From positions 472 through 64,471 of the forward strand of contig JAAYDB010000003.1 in the NCBI GenBank assembly GCA_012729475.1: 64,000 nt of DNA, in the 5' to 3' direction. Of the stretch, positions 62,194 to 64,000 are shown piece by piece. A program made the position numbers and the translations under genes. The stretch's first letter is position 1. The number at the start of each line of letters is the position of its first letter. Source of the stretch: Bacteroidota bacterium. GTDB lineage: Bacteria > Bacteroidota > Bacteroidia > Bacteroidales > VadinHA17. The notes under the pieces are model-generated. The model saw only the letters and a program-made list of their open reading frames with translations. It made no database searches and was not told the origin of the DNA.

Positions 62194-64000
62194 ATGACAA
62201 AGAAAAATCCGGATGACTCTGTTCTGAATGAACAATCCGAAGCATTTGAAGATGCCGGCGGAATTGAGGATGCCAACCAGGCTGAAAAAGCGCAGGAATC
62301 AAACTCCGAAAAAACTGAGACAGGAGAAAGTAATAACCGGGATACTGTTAACAAGTCACAGGAAAAAGAAGAAGAAGAAAAAGAAGAAAAAAAGGGAAAA
62401 GACCCAGGAAAACAAACTGATGGTATTGTTGCAGGCCCAAAAAGAAAGCGTACAACAAAGTCAGATGATCCTGAAGAAGATGATAATGATGCCTCAGGGG
62501 AGGATAATGAAAATCTGGAAAATGTTTCGCTTCCGCCTGTGGATTATTCAGGTTATTCAAAAGATGATCTTGTTGATACTCTGGCTTTGTTAATTGAAAA
62601 CAGACCTCCGGCAGAAATTCGTGGCGATATTGACCGAATAAAATTCTTTTTTTATAAAAAACTGAAAGCCGAAGCCGAAGAAAGGAAAAATAAATTTCTT
62701 GAAGATGGAGGGAAAATAGAAGAGTACAGGGCTTGGGTTGACCCGGCAGAAGCGAAGGTAAAACATCTTATAGACAGATATAAACAAAAAAAATCAGATT
62801 TTAATAAAGTCCAGGAAGCTGAGAAATATGAGAATCTGAAAAAAAAATATGAAATAATTGACAAGATAAAAGATCTTGTCAACCGTGAAGAATCTATCAA
62901 CAAGACATTTCATGAGTTCCGCTCATTACAGAATGAGTGGCATTCAGTAGGAGTAGTGCCTCAGAGTTCCCTGAAAGATCTGTGGGAAAATTATCATCAC
63001 AGTGTTGAAATGTTTTATGATTATATCAAAATCAACAAGGAACTAAGAGATCTTGATCTGAAGAAGAACCTGGAATCGAAAATCAGATTATGTGAAAAAG
63101 CAGAAGAATTATTACTTGAACCAAATCCGGTAAATGCATTCAGGCTTTTGCAGGATTATCATAACCACTGGCGTGAAATAGGACCAGTACCACCGGAATC
63201 AAAAAATGAGATATGGGAGCGTTTCAGAGAAGCTACTTCGCAGATAAACAAAAGACATCACGAATATTTTGAAAAGCAGAAGGAGGAACAGAAGAAAAAC
63301 CTGGAGGCAAAAATAGCCCTCTGCGAAGAAGTTGAAGCAATTAATTTGTTGGATATTAATACTTTCAAGGATTTTGATGCCAGAGCTGAAAAAATTATTG
63401 CACTGCAGAAGATGTGGCGAACATTGGGTTTTGCCCCTAAAAAACAAAACACTAAGATTTACCAGCGTTTCAGAGATGCCTGTGATAGTTTTTTCGAAAA
63501 GAAAAGAGCTTTCTATGCTGAAAATAAAGAAACACAGCTTAATAACCTCCAAAGGAAGATCGATTTATGTCTTCAGGCTGAAGCTCTGCAGGACAGCGAC
63601 GACTGGAAAGCTACATCTGACGCACTGATTAATCTTCAGAAAGAATGGAAATCTATAGGCCCTGTTCCAAGAAAACAATCAGATAAATGCTGGAAAAGAT
63701 TCAGAAAAGCATGCGATCATTTTTTTGACAGGAAAAGCCAGCATTTTTCTGAACTGGATACATCATACGAAGATAACCTTAAAGCCAAAATTAAAATAAT
63801 TGAAGAACTGGAAAATTTTGATGCAGGAGCAGATGTGCAAACAGCATTTGAGAGTCTTAAGGAATTACAGAAAAAATGGACTGAAATAGGTTTTGTTCCT
63901 TTTAACCGTAAAGATGAAATAACAAACAGATACAGAAATGCCCTTAACAAAGAGTTCGATAAGCTTAAAATAGGCGATAACGATAAGAGTATTTTAAAAT
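62194..64000 (+). CDS. DUF349 domain protein (3' partial, runs off the window)
   Basis: Open frame from ATG 62194 to the window end; acidic disordered N-terminus; repeated 'LQxEWxxIGPVP...WxRF' units. Confidence 0.88.
   Translation, partial: MTKKNPDDSVLNEQSEAFEDAGGIEDANQAEKAQESNSEKTETGESNNRDTVNKSQEKEEEEKEEKKGKDPGKQTDGIVAGPKRKRTTKSDDPEEDDNDASGEDNENLENVSLPPVDYSGYSKDDLVDTLALLIENRPPAEIRGDIDRIKFFFYKKLKAEAEERKNKFLEDGGKIEEYRAWVDPAEAKVKHLIDRYKQKKSDFNKVQEAEKYENLKKKYEIIDKIKDLVNREESINKTFHEFRSLQNEWHSVGVVPQSSLKDLWENYHHSVEMFYDYIKINKELRDLDLKKNLESKIRLCEKAEELLLEPNPVNAFRLLQDYHNHWREIGPVPPESKNEIWERFREATSQINKRHHEYFEKQKEEQKKNLEAKIALCEEVEAINLLDINTFKDFDARAEKIIALQKMWRTLGFAPKKQNTKIYQRFRDACDSFFEKKRAFYAENKETQLNNLQRKIDLCLQAEALQDSDDWKATSDALINLQKEWKSIGPVPRKQSDKCWKRFRKACDHFFDRKSQHFSELDTSYEDNLKAKIKIIEELENFDAGADVQTAFESLKELQKKWTEIGFVPFNRKDEITNRYRNALNKEFDKLKIGDNDKSILK

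Noticed and set aside
62228-63950. Several short ORFs, including a poly-Lys one
   Set aside because: Off-frame or antisense shadows of the DUF349 gene, which the track missed because it has no stop inside the window.

Overview
AT-rich chromosomal segment from a Bacteroidota organism, most likely Bacteroidales. The evidence is TAnnTTTG promoter elements, zapA-6S-rny synteny, and DUF4293/DUF349/PorE-like genes. Most of the window is housekeeping: phosphate transport, pepD, an acyl-CoA carboxylase set, tRNA-Arg(ACG), rplS, zapA/6S/rny, a Wzx/Wzy surface polysaccharide cluster, pyrBI and queE. The standout is a compact locus at about 52.2-61.7 kb. It contains an unannotated 53-aa double-glycine-leader peptide (54057-54218, minus strand, missed by the ORF track), a C39-peptidase ABC exporter with HlyD, an exported and membrane-anchored TPR-CHAT (caspase-like) protease, an ECF sigma factor, a membrane TPR anti-sigma-like protein and a degenerate histidine kinase. 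No peptide-modifying or immunity genes are present. I infer a peptide-triggered, protease-mediated ECF signalling circuit (quorum-sensing-like). Two genes (DUF5916, DUF1343/NamZ) are split by single-base homopolymer frameshifts, probably assembly errors. All family assignments come from recognising motifs by eye; no searches were run.
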